From Euryarchaeota archaeon UBA39 (GTDB lineage: Archaea > Thermoplasmatota > Poseidoniia > Poseidoniales > Thalassarchaeaceae), in NCBI GenBank assembly GCA_002503045.1, contig DAQW01000023.1:1-35583 (forward strand): 35,583 nt of DNA. The letters run 5' to 3'. The notes below the pieces were generated by a model. It was not told the DNA's origin. It worked only from the letters and a program-made list of their open reading frames with translations, and did no database searches. Below, one piece after another: positions 1 through 9,633 of the stretch. The translations under genes and the position numbers were made by a program. The first letter of the stretch is position 1; every line of letters starts with the position of its first letter.

Positions 1-276
1 GATTCTATTCTTGGTTCTGGAGTCAATTTAGGAGCAGGATGTAAATTATCAAATCTAAGAAATGATGGAAGAACTATTCTACTCCGTGATGGTGAAAGTG
101 GAGATAAATTAGAAGATAGTGGACTAAGAAAATTTGGTGCTATTCTGGGAGAAAATGTACAAATCGGATGTAATGCAGTTACCAATCCTGGAGTTATTCT
201 AGGATGTAATTCAAATGTTTGGCCAAATGTAACAGTAAGTGGCGTCCACTCTGAAAACAGTGTCATAAAGGATTGA
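1..276 (+). CDS. glmU: C-terminal fragment of GlmU-like bifunctional sugar-1-phosphate nucleotidyl/acetyltransferase (hexapeptide repeats); 5' truncated by window
   Basis: Frame 1 reads DSILGSGVNLGAGCKLSNLRNDG...SGLRKFGAILGENVQIGCNAVTNPGVILG to TGA at 274-276. These are typical archaeal GlmU left-handed beta-helix motifs, directly upstream of glmM. Confidence 0.85.
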   Translation, partial: DSILGSGVNLGAGCKLSNLRNDGRTILLRDGESGDKLEDSGLRKFGAILGENVQIGCNAVTNPGVILGCNSNVWPNVTVSGVHSENSVIKD

Positions 277-278
277 GA

Positions 279-1949
279 ATGATGGTGGATTACCCCATTC
301 TCCATGGAACGGATGGAATTAGGGGGAAGGTTAGTGGATCTCCTGAAACAGATTTAGAGGCTCTAGAAGCAATTATTGACAAACGGGAAGTGAATGGTCG
401 TGCCTTCATGGTTCTAGGAGAAGCCATTGGAGAAATTCTATCTGAAGAATTAGAAGATTATCCGAAAGTAGTAATCGGTTGGGATCGAAGGCCGGGAAAT
501 GCAATGTTAGTTTCAGGATTAACAGATGGATTACACTCCTCATCAGTTCGAGTAATCCATGGCGGGATTGTTGCTACACCTGGGTTGCACGATGCAGTCC
601 TCGGGACAAAGGCAGACGCAGGATTGATGGTAACTGCAAGCCATAATCCTCATACCGATTCAGGAGTCAAATTCTTTGATGCCAATGGTAAAAAATCAAT
701 GCCAGAATTAGAAAAAAGAATCTCAGATTTGGCTTGGGAGATTGCAAAAAAAGGAAACAATCCAGAACCGGATCCTGAATCTTGTCTACCAGACAGAATG
801 ATCCATGCAGAGAGAGGGCATCGTTCTACTCTTGCAAAAAGACTGGAAAAAATGGCTGATTTTTTAGGAGTGAATGTTGCCGATTGTGATTGGAAGAAAA
901 TCTTGGGAGTCAATCAGTTCCTTTTAGATTCATCAGGAGGTGCTGCAACTAACTGGTTGGCCAATGGCCTTGATAGAAGGGGTATTCCAGCAAAAGAGAT
1001 TTCTAGCCTTGAAAATGAATTGAATGAAGAATGTGGTGCAGGAGAAATTTCTCCTACTGACGAATGGACTTGGGCTGAAATGAAAAAAAGTAAACATCTT
1101 CTACTAAAATCACTAGCTGAAATACATGATTTAGACCTACCTAGTGGTATACTAATCGGAGCGGCATTGGATGGAGATGGTGATCGATGTTTACTCATTG
1201 AATCTACAAAAAGTGGTGCAAGAGTAATTGATGGAGATGAGATGGCAGACAATGTCGCTAGAGCATGGGATTTAATTGGAGTTTCAAAAGCAACCATGGC
1301 CTTCTCGATTGAAACTGATTTAGCACTTACTTCTTCAGATAACAGATTTAACATGGATGTAAATTTCTACGAATGTGCAGTCGGTGACCGTTGGTTATCC
1401 AATCAGCTTTCTAAGGATTTTATCGATTCGGAAACATGGCCAAGCATAATTGGAGCGGAAGATTCGGGTCATTTAGTTCTCGCATCTCCTCATCCTGAAA
1501 TTGATAATAAATGGAGTTTGGTCGGAGATGGAGCGGCGACTCTAATCTTACAACTACTCGTAAGAGCATTACAATTCAATAATGAAAAAATGGCACCTGC
1601 ATTCCAATCAGGATGGAAAAAACGGACTTCAATTATCGGTACTGACCGGTCAAAATGGACAGGGGAAGGAAAATTAGCAAATGATGTTGGATCAATGATT
1701 AGCAACTATTTTGGAGAAGGAAATTGCTCATTTTCTAGGACAGAAATCGAGGGTGAAACATCGCTACTTCTCCTAAGAGGAAATGTGAAAAATATCCCAA
1801 TATCAATTGGAATTCGAAACTCAGGAACTCAAGAGAAAACTAGCATTTCGATAAGAAGCATGAACGAAATCGATGGGCTAAACGAATTATCCGAATCAAT
1901 TGTGCAATTTCTAACTAAGGAACTGGTTTATTCCTCTTCATCAGATTGA
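279..1949 (+). CDS. glmM: Phosphoglucosamine mutase / alpha-D-phosphohexomutase
   Basis: HGTDGIRG N-terminus, catalytic TASHNP, metal-binding DGDGDR, VGDR, GAEDSGH and RNSGTQ motifs; follows glmU. ATG 279 or 282 preferred over TTG 273. Confidence 0.85.
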   Translation: MMVDYPILHGTDGIRGKVSGSPETDLEALEAIIDKREVNGRAFMVLGEAIGEILSEELEDYPKVVIGWDRRPGNAMLVSGLTDGLHSSSVRVIHGGIVATPGLHDAVLGTKADAGLMVTASHNPHTDSGVKFFDANGKKSMPELEKRISDLAWEIAKKGNNPEPDPESCLPDRMIHAERGHRSTLAKRLEKMADFLGVNVADCDWKKILGVNQFLLDSSGGAATNWLANGLDRRGIPAKEISSLENELNEECGAGEISPTDEWTWAEMKKSKHLLLKSLAEIHDLDLPSGILIGAALDGDGDRCLLIESTKSGARVIDGDEMADNVARAWDLIGVSKATMAFSIETDLALTSSDNRFNMDVNFYECAVGDRWLSNQLSKDFIDSETWPSIIGAEDSGHLVLASPHPEIDNKWSLVGDGAATLILQLLVRALQFNNEKMAPAFQSGWKKRTSIIGTDRSKWTGEGKLANDVGSMISNYFGEGNCSFSRTEIEGETSLLLLRGNVKNIPISIGIRNSGTQEKTSISIRSMNEIDGLNELSESIVQFLTKELVYSSSSD

Positions 1950-2821
1950 AGTGTAGCCAAAAAAACCGTAGATAGGGAGCCAAGCCATGTTAACTGGGCA
2001 ATGATTAGTAGATGCTCACTAATTGCAAGGGTCCCTTCTGTCCTACTCTCAAGTATCATAGGTGAAACTATCTGAAGTTCATACATGTCAAGATACCACA
2101 AAGAAAGAAGAAAACATGTTAGCATTGCAACGAATGACCATTTTACTCCATTTTCTGAAACTGGAAGTCCATTTTCTCTTCTGGAACTAGATTCCCAATG
2201 AATCAATGGATGGCCGAATAAAGCCCCTAATGCAGTTGAAACAAAGAAGAAATAACCAAGAAGTATGTGTAGTGACCGATCAAAATGTCTGGAAAACATC
2301 AAATCTGCAGAGATAGAAAATGCTAGAGTGAATGTAAGAAGTAACCAAATTATCAGCACTATTCGCTTTCCAGGTGAGGCGAAAACAGGATTATTCCACC
2401 ACCTATGAAAACCTAGAAAACCAGTAATCATTGCCAAAAATGCAACAGTATTGAAACCGACCCAAATTATGTATTTCATCGGGGAATAAGCTACTAAGAT
2501 GCTCATTGTAGTGTACTGATTATGAAAATCTTCAGTCCAATTACAAGGGCAAATAATTCCTTCAAAAACATCAGTAGAAAATGGAGCTAGTAATACTGAA
2601 ATCAATATGGTGCTAACACCAATAATCATCCCCATTCTGGGTGCTAAAAGAATCGTTTCAGGAGCGACTCGATATTTCGAAAATCTACTACCTATTGGAG
2701 CTGTAGTGTAATAGCCTACACCGAATGCAATTAAACTTGCAGCGATTAAAAGAATCCAGCGAATCAGCTCTTCTTCTGGGGTGGCATCCCCTGCTGGGGG
2801 AAGGATGGCTCCGGCCAACAT
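1928..2821 (-). CDS. Multi-pass membrane protein of unknown function
   Basis: 297-aa ORF with about 7 hydrophobic segments; overlaps the glmM 3' end by 22 nt. Confidence 0.75.
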   Translation of the reverse strand: MLAGAILPPAGDATPEEELIRWILLIAASLIAFGVGYYTTAPIGSRFSKYRVAPETILLAPRMGMIIGVSTILISVLLAPFSTDVFEGIICPCNWTEDFHNQYTTMSILVAYSPMKYIIWVGFNTVAFLAMITGFLGFHRWWNNPVFASPGKRIVLIIWLLLTFTLAFSISADLMFSRHFDRSLHILLGYFFFVSTALGALFGHPLIHWESSSRRENGLPVSENGVKWSFVAMLTCFLLSLWYLDMYELQIVSPMILESRTEGTLAISEHLLIIAQLTWLGSLSTVFLATLQSDEEE

Positions 2822-2914
2822 GCACCCTAATTTTCTTCATTATGAATAAGTTGTAACCCATGATTGGAAAATTAAAGGAGATAACAAAATGATTTGTATG
2901 TAACCAAACCCGCC

Positions 2915-3958
2915 ATGGATATGGGGAGAGAAGGAGTTCTACTAATGAACATTGGAACTCCTGACCATCCTACAGTTGGATCAGTGAGGGACTATCTGAG
3001 AGAATTCCTTTTAGATCCTGATGTTATTGACATACCGGCTCCTTTGAGACATCTACTTGTTCGAGGTATTATTCTTCGTTCAAGACCTAGGAAGATTGCA
3101 CCCAGATACCAAAGCATTTGGATGGAAGATGGTTCCCCATTGAGAGTATATACACAAAGAATGACTGAGGCCTTAGGGGAAATTCTAATTGATACAGATT
3201 GTGAATTTGGGATGAGATATGGAAATCCAAGCATTAGATCAGCACTTGAAAAATTAAAAGAACGAGGTGTGGAACGATTACTATTGGCACCACTTTTCCC
3301 TCAATATGCTCAAGCCACAACTGTATCATCTCTCAAGTGTGCGTATAACGAACTCGAAAAAATGAATTGGCAGCCGGAAATTTTAGAATTAGGTCATTTT
3401 GAATCTGATGATTCATACATCAATCCTCTTGTTTCTTCTATTGAATCTCATTTAGAAAATGGGAGCCATGTATTGTTCTCATATCATGGATTACCACTAT
3501 CGCACGTTCGTCGTTCAGATGCTACTGGAAAACATTGTCAAAAGATTGATGATTGTTGCAGTTTAATCGATGATGCAAATTCATCATGTTATGCGCATCA
3601 TTGTATGATGACAACATTAGCTGTAACCAAAAAACTAGGATTAGGACAAGAAAATTGGTCTTTAAGTTACCAAAGTAGACTCGGTCCTGTAAAATGGTTA
3701 AGGCCTTCGACAACAGAGACAGTAGAAAAATTAGCAAAGAGGGGAATCAAAAAACTGATTATTATTTCACCTGCATTTCTTGCAGATGGATTAGAAACTT
3801 TAGAAGAGTTAGACATTGAAATTAGAGAACATTATACAAAACACGGAGGGGGAGAATTAGAAATTTTGAGTTGTCTAAATGATAATTTAGACTGGATTAA
3901 AGGGCTATCTAATCTTGTCAAAAAAACGTTTTCTACTCTTCCAATGTTGGAATCCTAA
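2915..3958 (+). CDS. hemH: Ferrochelatase (protoporphyrin type, putative [2Fe-2S]-containing)
   Basis: LMNIGTP, DPDVID, GSPL, GMRYGNPSI, PLFPQYA, FSYHGLP, YQSRLGP-KWLRP and FLADGLETLEE motifs; C-x5-CC-x9-C insertion. ATG 2915 or 2921 is the likely start. Confidence 0.95.
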   Translation: MDMGREGVLLMNIGTPDHPTVGSVRDYLREFLLDPDVIDIPAPLRHLLVRGIILRSRPRKIAPRYQSIWMEDGSPLRVYTQRMTEALGEILIDTDCEFGMRYGNPSIRSALEKLKERGVERLLLAPLFPQYAQATTVSSLKCAYNELEKMNWQPEILELGHFESDDSYINPLVSSIESHLENGSHVLFSYHGLPLSHVRRSDATGKHCQKIDDCCSLIDDANSSCYAHHCMMTTLAVTKKLGLGQENWSLSYQSRLGPVKWLRPSTTETVEKLAKRGIKKLIIISPAFLADGLETLEELDIEIREHYTKHGGGELEILSCLNDNLDWIKGLSNLVKKTFSTLPMLES

Positions 3959-4352
3959 GAATAAATATAGTTCCAATAATTGCTAGAAATAATGTAGAAT
4001 ATTTGGAGATTGGAGGAGCAGTATCTGGAATAGCGATGATTACTGCAAACAAAACAAAACTCCAAAGTGTCAGCAGGATGATCGGTTTACTTTTCTTAGG
4101 TATTCCATTACCTTCACGATAATTTTTCACATGGTGCCCGAATAATCTGTTATTAATTATCCAATCATAAAATCGTTGATTAGATTTAGCAAAACAAGCA
4201 GCAGCTAAAATCATCAAAGGGGTTGTGGGTAAACCAGGAACGGGAATCCCAATAAATCCAATTACCATTGAAAGAAATCCACAAATAAACCAAAAAATTT
4301 GAGATGCTTTTGAACGATTCAAATCCACTTCATGAACACTGGGTGTGTCCAT
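3933..4352 (-). CDS. YbaN/DUF454 family inner-membrane protein
   Basis: GFIGIPVPGLPTTPLMILAAACFAKSN...W...FG signature. True start taken as Met43 of the ORF (ATG 4352), because the longer start overlaps the next gene. Confidence 0.9.
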   Translation of the reverse strand: MDTPSVHEVDLNRSKASQIFWFICGFLSMVIGFIGIPVPGLPTTPLMILAAACFAKSNQRFYDWIINNRLFGHHVKNYREGNGIPKKSKPIILLTLWSFVLFAVIIAIPDTAPPISKYSTLFLAIIGTIFILRIPTLEE

Positions 4353-4404
4353 ATTGGGAGGCCTTATTATTCCACTATTGTATGTTTGTGAATAACCATA
4401 GAAA

Positions 4405-6222
4405 TTATTCAGTCGAATTACATGAAGGATACATTTCATGCATTGGTGGCAAAAATAGATCTTCACACGTTCGATCAACAGTTGACAGACCTAGAAGACT
4501 ATCGCCACCGAGTGAGATTGTAACTGCTTGAGTTGATACTGGACTTGGGATATAATCCTCACCAGTTTGACTGACAATTAGATGTATTCCATCTCCTGCT
4601 GGAACTACAACATCCATTCCGAAAAATTCCATTTTTGCTAAAACTGTACTTCCTGGAGAAAGAGTTTCTCCATCTTTTCCTCCGGCATGAAACCTGAGAT
4701 CCATAACTGCATGACCTAGATGGATTCCATCTGATGCGCGTACCATCTCAACAAACAAATGGCCAGATGTTGCCAACAATGAAATTTGAGCAGATACATG
4801 AAAAGTTGGAGTCCCAACAATTCGAGTTTCATTCTCAAACATTGGACATTCGATTGTGGTTTGACTAGAAGATGTAATGGTAGCACCACCTGAAAGGACT
4901 TCACATTGATCCATTCCAATCATCATCCAATCTATATCTGCAGGAGGATATGTTGATTCTACTCTCCAGGCCCCCATGTTATCTTGGATTTCTGCTATGA
5001 GGCGAGGTTGTGGTCCAACATCCCTTAGATAATAATCAAACCATTCTAACAAATCATCGGCCCAATCCCATCGCAATGTGTAAGGATAGGCTTCTCCACC
5101 TCTACCGGAAGAAAGTGAAGAATGTCCACTTTCTCTATCGGGATAATCGTGAGCCCATTGTCCATATAGCCCCTTAACATCAAATCCTGCATCTATCGAC
5201 ATTTGATGTGCAGGGAATGCCATGTGCGGATCTACGTTCCAATCTTGCATTCCATGAATAATGTAAATTGACCCATTGTAAACCTCTAATGCATTTGTTA
5301 GAAAATGTCGTTCTTCCCAATAATCAGAACCTGTCCATGCAAGATTGTCTCCAGTCATGTATGCTGCTGGCCCAGCATAGTAACCTTCCACGTATCCTTC
5401 GCATGCATTCTCTATATCTCCGCCATCACCATCCAAACCAAAGGAACCGTAAACACCATTGTGCATGATTGCTCCTCTAGCTTCCATACTACCATTTCTC
5501 CACATCAAATCATGAACTCCAATTAATCCAGACATTGGAACTATCGTTGCAAGATATTCTGAACCTGAAGCGGCCGCATTCCACGGTGTGCTCCCATCAT
5601 ATGATTTGCCAATTGCTCCTACCTTTCCATTTGACCAAGGTTGAGACCCTAACCAATCAACTGCCGCCTTAATTCCAGCTTGCTCATCATGCCCCATTAG
5701 ATCCATACAATGATTTGAGTCTCCAGTTCCAAATACAGATACTTGGGCAACACCAAAACCATGAGGTACAAAATTTTCTATCAAAAATCGACCGAGTCTG
5801 TCAGCAGGTGTTAGTGCATCAACATCACCATCATTGTAATATGGGCCTATCTCCGCAATAACGGGAACTTGACAATCTTCTGAGATATCAGAAGAAGACC
5901 AGTCGCATCCTTCGATTACAGGTAACCACAATCCTAGATGCACTTCTGCACCACCCGTAATACCTGCTCCACCATCTGATGCGTCTATTTCAGGAACTGG
6001 GACAAAAACTGACATAACCTCATCTATGCCAAAAGAGCCATTGATTGAAACACGAGAGAAGACATCAGTATTCTCGTATATCATATCAGATCTATCTTCA
6101 ACTTGAGGAAGCCAATGATTGAAATCTTCATCTTCTAATTCTTCATCAGAACCAAAACAGCCAGAGACTGAACCCAAAATAATGAGCAGCCCCAAGAGGA
6201 TTGACTGAGGGGCCTGACGCAT
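4405..6222 (-). CDS. CocE/NonD (X-Pro dipeptidyl-peptidase S15-like) alpha/beta hydrolase, predicted lipoprotein
   Basis: Signal peptide ending VSGC; [21 protein letters not shown] nucleophile elbow; HGMQDWNV acid; GQWAH His; C-terminal jelly-roll-like domain. Confidence 0.9.
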   Translation of the reverse strand: MRQAPQSILLGLLIILGSVSGCFGSDEELEDEDFNHWLPQVEDRSDMIYENTDVFSRVSINGSFGIDEVMSVFVPVPEIDASDGGAGITGGAEVHLGLWLPVIEGCDWSSSDISEDCQVPVIAEIGPYYNDGDVDALTPADRLGRFLIENFVPHGFGVAQVSVFGTGDSNHCMDLMGHDEQAGIKAAVDWLGSQPWSNGKVGAIGKSYDGSTPWNAAASGSEYLATIVPMSGLIGVHDLMWRNGSMEARGAIMHNGVYGSFGLDGDGGDIENACEGYVEGYYAGPAAYMTGDNLAWTGSDYWEERHFLTNALEVYNGSIYIIHGMQDWNVDPHMAFPAHQMSIDAGFDVKGLYGQWAHDYPDRESGHSSLSSGRGGEAYPYTLRWDWADDLLEWFDYYLRDVGPQPRLIAEIQDNMGAWRVESTYPPADIDWMMIGMDQCEVLSGGATITSSSQTTIECPMFENETRIVGTPTFHVSAQISLLATSGHLFVEMVRASDGIHLGHAVMDLRFHAGGKDGETLSPGSTVLAKMEFFGMDVVVPAGDGIHLIVSQTGEDYIPSPVSTQAVTISLGGDSLLGLSTVDRTCEDLFLPPMHEMYPSCNSTE

Positions 6223-6324
6223 AACCTTGGGTCGATGTCATCGGCTTCAATGATTCCATTACTAAACCAATCTTCATTCAATGGATTGAATAACCCCGGT
6301 ACAATCGAAGAATGAGGATAGACC

Positions 6325-6744
6325 ATGACGAATTCTGAAATCTTGAACTCATTAAACAAAGCATTAGCTTGGGAATTACGGGCGATTGCAATGTATGCTC
6401 ACTATGCTGCTTATGTTTCTGGAATTCATCGAATCAATTTAGCAACTCATTTCAACAATGAAGTAACTGAATCAATCACTCATGCCGCAACTGTAAGATC
6501 TGCAATTGTTAAACTTGGAGGACAAGCAACAACTGATCGAGATAGTACTGAAATTGTACATACTTCAGATTTCAACATCATGCTCAAAGAGGCGTATAAA
6601 ACTGAAATGACTGCTAGTGAAACATATAGAGAAATTCTACCTCTTATCGAAGAAATCGATGACAGAGAACTATACGATGCTTTAGAAGTAGTATATTTTG
6701 ATGAATTAAGATCAGTAGAAGAACTTCGAATGATGTTAATGTGA
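6325..6744 (+). CDS. Ferritin-like (bacterioferritin-related) four-helix-bundle protein
   Basis: LNKALAWELRAIAMY, ESITHA...IVKLGG and E...YRE pattern in a 139-aa protein. Confidence 0.85.
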   Translation: MTNSEILNSLNKALAWELRAIAMYAHYAAYVSGIHRINLATHFNNEVTESITHAATVRSAIVKLGGQATTDRDSTEIVHTSDFNIMLKEAYKTEMTASETYREILPLIEEIDDRELYDALEVVYFDELRSVEELRMMLM

Positions 6745-6795
6745 TTGTCAACCTTCTTCCGGAAGGAAGAAAGGCAGTGGACTCAAACGAATGGC

Positions 6796-8307
6796 ATGGG
6801 TGCATACGAGAGTCTCATGGCCAAGCAGAAAGATATCGAAACAATTGGACAGATTTCAGGATTATTGGGATGGGATCAAGAAGTAATGATGCCACCTAAG
6901 GCAGCTCCACTTAGAGCAGAACAAATGGCATGGCTATCAAAAACAAGACATCGATTGATGATTGATCCAGAAATGGGGGATTTATTGTCACAGGCTGAAA
7001 ATGAAAACGATGGAAAAGACCCTGTTCGTTCAGGAAACCTACGATTGGTTAGAGACGCGTATGATAAAGCGACGAAACAACCATCAGAATTTGTTGAAAG
7101 AATGGCTAGACATAAATCAAAATCAATTGTATCCTGGACTGAAGCACGTGAAAAAAATGATTTCTCCATCTTTCGTGATGATTTATCCACAATGATTGAT
7201 TTGGTTAGAGAGTTAGCTGATCTACTAGGTTATGAAAACGAAAAATATGATGCTCTGCTTGATTTATACGAGTCAGGACTTACTGTTGCTCGTCTTGATC
7301 CTCTATTTGCAGGATTGAGAGATTCTTCAGTTCCATTGATTCAATCTGTAAATCAATCAGAAGATAATTCAAACGATTGGGTATATCGACATGAGTGGTC
7401 TATTGAAGGTCAACAGAAACTCAGTCATGCACTTTCAGAAGCGGTTGGTTTTGATTTTCAAGCAGGGAGAAGAGATGAATCAACTCATCCATTCTGTGGA
7501 GGGGCTAACCCAGATGATGTAAGATGGACTACACGTTATGATTTGAAGGAACCTTGGGGGGCTATTTTTGGGGCATTACATGAAACAGGACATGCTTTGT
7601 ATGAACAAGGACGTCCGAGGAATCTTGATTTTGAACCATCAGGACATGCCAATGGATTGGGAGTTCATGAAAGTCAAAGTCGATTGTGGGAAAATCAAGT
7701 TGGACGAAGTTTAGCATTCTGTGAATGGTCACTACCTATGTGGAAAGAACATTTTCCAAAAAATATGGAAGGAGTTACTGCCGAAATGTTATGGAGAGCA
7801 ATAAATCAAGTAGAACCGTCACTAATTCGTGTTGAATCTGACGAAGCCACCTACAATCTTCACATCATGATTAGGTACGAAGTGGAGAAGTTATTGATTT
7901 CGGGTGAACTTGAAATTGATGCGTTGCCTGATGCATGGGATGACATGTATGAACGATATTTAGGAATTCGATCCCCAGATAGAAAGCAGGGAGTCTTGCA
8001 AGATATTCATTGGTCTATGGGGGCGTTCGGTTATTTCCCAACATACACTCTAGGAAATTTGTATTCTGCCCAATTACTTCAAGCAGCTAGAAATGATCTA
8101 GAATCCGAAGGACATACTCTTGAAGATGATTGGAAAGAGGGGTCATTCTCACCATTACTAGAATGGATGAGAACAAATGTGCATCATCGTGGATCCATAC
8201 TCACTCCTGCTGATTTAATTGAAGAAGCTACTGGAGATGCACCCATTCCAGAACCATTCGTGGATTACTTGAAAAATAAAATTGGAATAATCTACGGACT
8301 TGCATAA
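6796..8307 (+). CDS. Carboxypeptidase, M32 (Taq) family
   Basis: LLGWDQEVMMP, HPF, DVRWTT, HETGH (HEXXH), HESQSRLWEN, IRVESDE, QDIHW and GYFPTYTLG motifs. ATG 6796 is the likely start. Confidence 0.96.
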   Translation: MGAYESLMAKQKDIETIGQISGLLGWDQEVMMPPKAAPLRAEQMAWLSKTRHRLMIDPEMGDLLSQAENENDGKDPVRSGNLRLVRDAYDKATKQPSEFVERMARHKSKSIVSWTEAREKNDFSIFRDDLSTMIDLVRELADLLGYENEKYDALLDLYESGLTVARLDPLFAGLRDSSVPLIQSVNQSEDNSNDWVYRHEWSIEGQQKLSHALSEAVGFDFQAGRRDESTHPFCGGANPDDVRWTTRYDLKEPWGAIFGALHETGHALYEQGRPRNLDFEPSGHANGLGVHESQSRLWENQVGRSLAFCEWSLPMWKEHFPKNMEGVTAEMLWRAINQVEPSLIRVESDEATYNLHIMIRYEVEKLLISGELEIDALPDAWDDMYERYLGIRSPDRKQGVLQDIHWSMGAFGYFPTYTLGNLYSAQLLQAARNDLESEGHTLEDDWKEGSFSPLLEWMRTNVHHRGSILTPADLIEEATGDAPIPEPFVDYLKNKIGIIYGLA

Positions 8308-8368
8308 TTATCAATTTTGATATGCAAGTATAGCGCGACCTTATGCGATATCCCCGATAAGAGAGAGC

Positions 8369-9517
8369 ATGGGGAATACTGTCGAACGGCCAATTGAAGC
8401 CGTTGCTTGGATGGAAAGGTCCCTTGAGAATAGTGTTTCTACAGTGTATATCGATGATATGAAAATCATCGGTGGAGATTGGAATGGAATGATGATTTGT
8501 TGGTCTCGAGAAGGAGATATTCTGTGGGAGACTAATTTGGGAGATCGAGTCGCAGGAATTCGTCTTTCCACAGATGGTGCGATGCTTTGGTGTATTGCAG
8601 GAAGAGAAGCAATAGGGATAGATTACGAAAATGGGACAATCAAATGGAATATTGAATTTGATGGGTCAACTGATTTGATTGAGCTTGATGGAGAGAATCG
8701 TGCATGGATTGTATCATCTGTATATGATATAGAACTGAATGATTTCATGGAGTCGGCTATCAGCCTAATTGATTCAGGAGATATCGTTGAAAAATATATC
8801 TTAGACGAAAGACCATGGTCGATTCATCCGTTTGAAGAAGGTAAGGCATTCTTTGGGCTTGGTAGACCAAAGACTGGTGTCCTAGAATTAACTGAAAAAA
8901 AAGGTAAGTTGATGCATAAACATAATTCAATTCATGATTCACCAGTATTATGTGGATCACATTTACCTCCGTTTTACTTAGGACATTCAAATGGAATGAT
9001 AACAAAAATAGATGAAAAAGGGAACATCACGAATCTAGAACTAAACAAAAAACATGGCTCTGCAATTATTGACATATCAAGCAATAACGAACAAATTTTG
9101 ATTTGTTTAGAAAATAAACAGATAATTTGTTTGAACAAAGATGGAGAAGAAGAGAATAGCCTAGAGGTTTTGGACTCAGAAGGACATCCTGAATTTTTGG
9201 ATATTATTGATGGAAGCACATCAGATGGATTGGTAAACTTCTGGATTGTAACATCTACAAATAATGGTAGTCTTCTCATTAATGCAAACCGGAAAAATGA
9301 ATCTTCGAATATAAAATTGAAAATTAAAGCCAATTCCAGAATTCGAGATATTGCAAACGCAAAGGGGATGACAGTGGTTGGATTGGATGATGGAAGAATA
9401 ATTGCCATTGAAGAAAAGATGCTAACGAGAAGAATTCGAGAAAATGAAAAATCGGATGAAGAGGGAGATGTGCAGCGTTTTGAGATGCTAGAACGACTAC
9501 GGAAACTCCGAGAGTGA
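8369..9517 (+). CDS. Beta-propeller (PQQ/WD40-like repeat) protein of unknown function
   Basis: Repeated blade-like motifs (GDWNG...G.ILWET, G.IKW, GHSNG, GLDDG) followed by a charged C-terminal helix. Confidence 0.7.
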   Translation: MGNTVERPIEAVAWMERSLENSVSTVYIDDMKIIGGDWNGMMICWSREGDILWETNLGDRVAGIRLSTDGAMLWCIAGREAIGIDYENGTIKWNIEFDGSTDLIELDGENRAWIVSSVYDIELNDFMESAISLIDSGDIVEKYILDERPWSIHPFEEGKAFFGLGRPKTGVLELTEKKGKLMHKHNSIHDSPVLCGSHLPPFYLGHSNGMITKIDEKGNITNLELNKKHGSAIIDISSNNEQILICLENKQIICLNKDGEEENSLEVLDSEGHPEFLDIIDGSTSDGLVNFWIVTSTNNGSLLINANRKNESSNIKLKIKANSRIRDIANAKGMTVVGLDDGRIIAIEEKMLTRRIRENEKSDEEGDVQRFEMLERLRKLRE

Positions 9518-9595
9518 AAAATAACATTATTTCCAGTGGAAAACAGGGTCCATTGAGGTTATTTTCTGCTGGAAATGGCCTTTTTTGTGCAAATG

Positions 9596-9603
9596 TTTTT
9601 AGA
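9596..9603 (+). promoter_or_regulatory. Candidate archaeal TATA box for the downstream structured element
   Basis: TTTTTAGA preceded by GCAAATG, about 30 nt upstream of the GC-rich structured region; TTTATC at 9613 is an alternative. Positional inference only. Confidence 0.35.
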
Positions 9604-9633
9604 CTACCTTCGTTTATCGTAACTTACCGCTCC

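Noticed and set aside
4353-4478. N-terminal extension of the YbaN ORF
   Set aside because: It overlaps the end of the CocE/NonD gene on the same strand; the family match begins after Met43.
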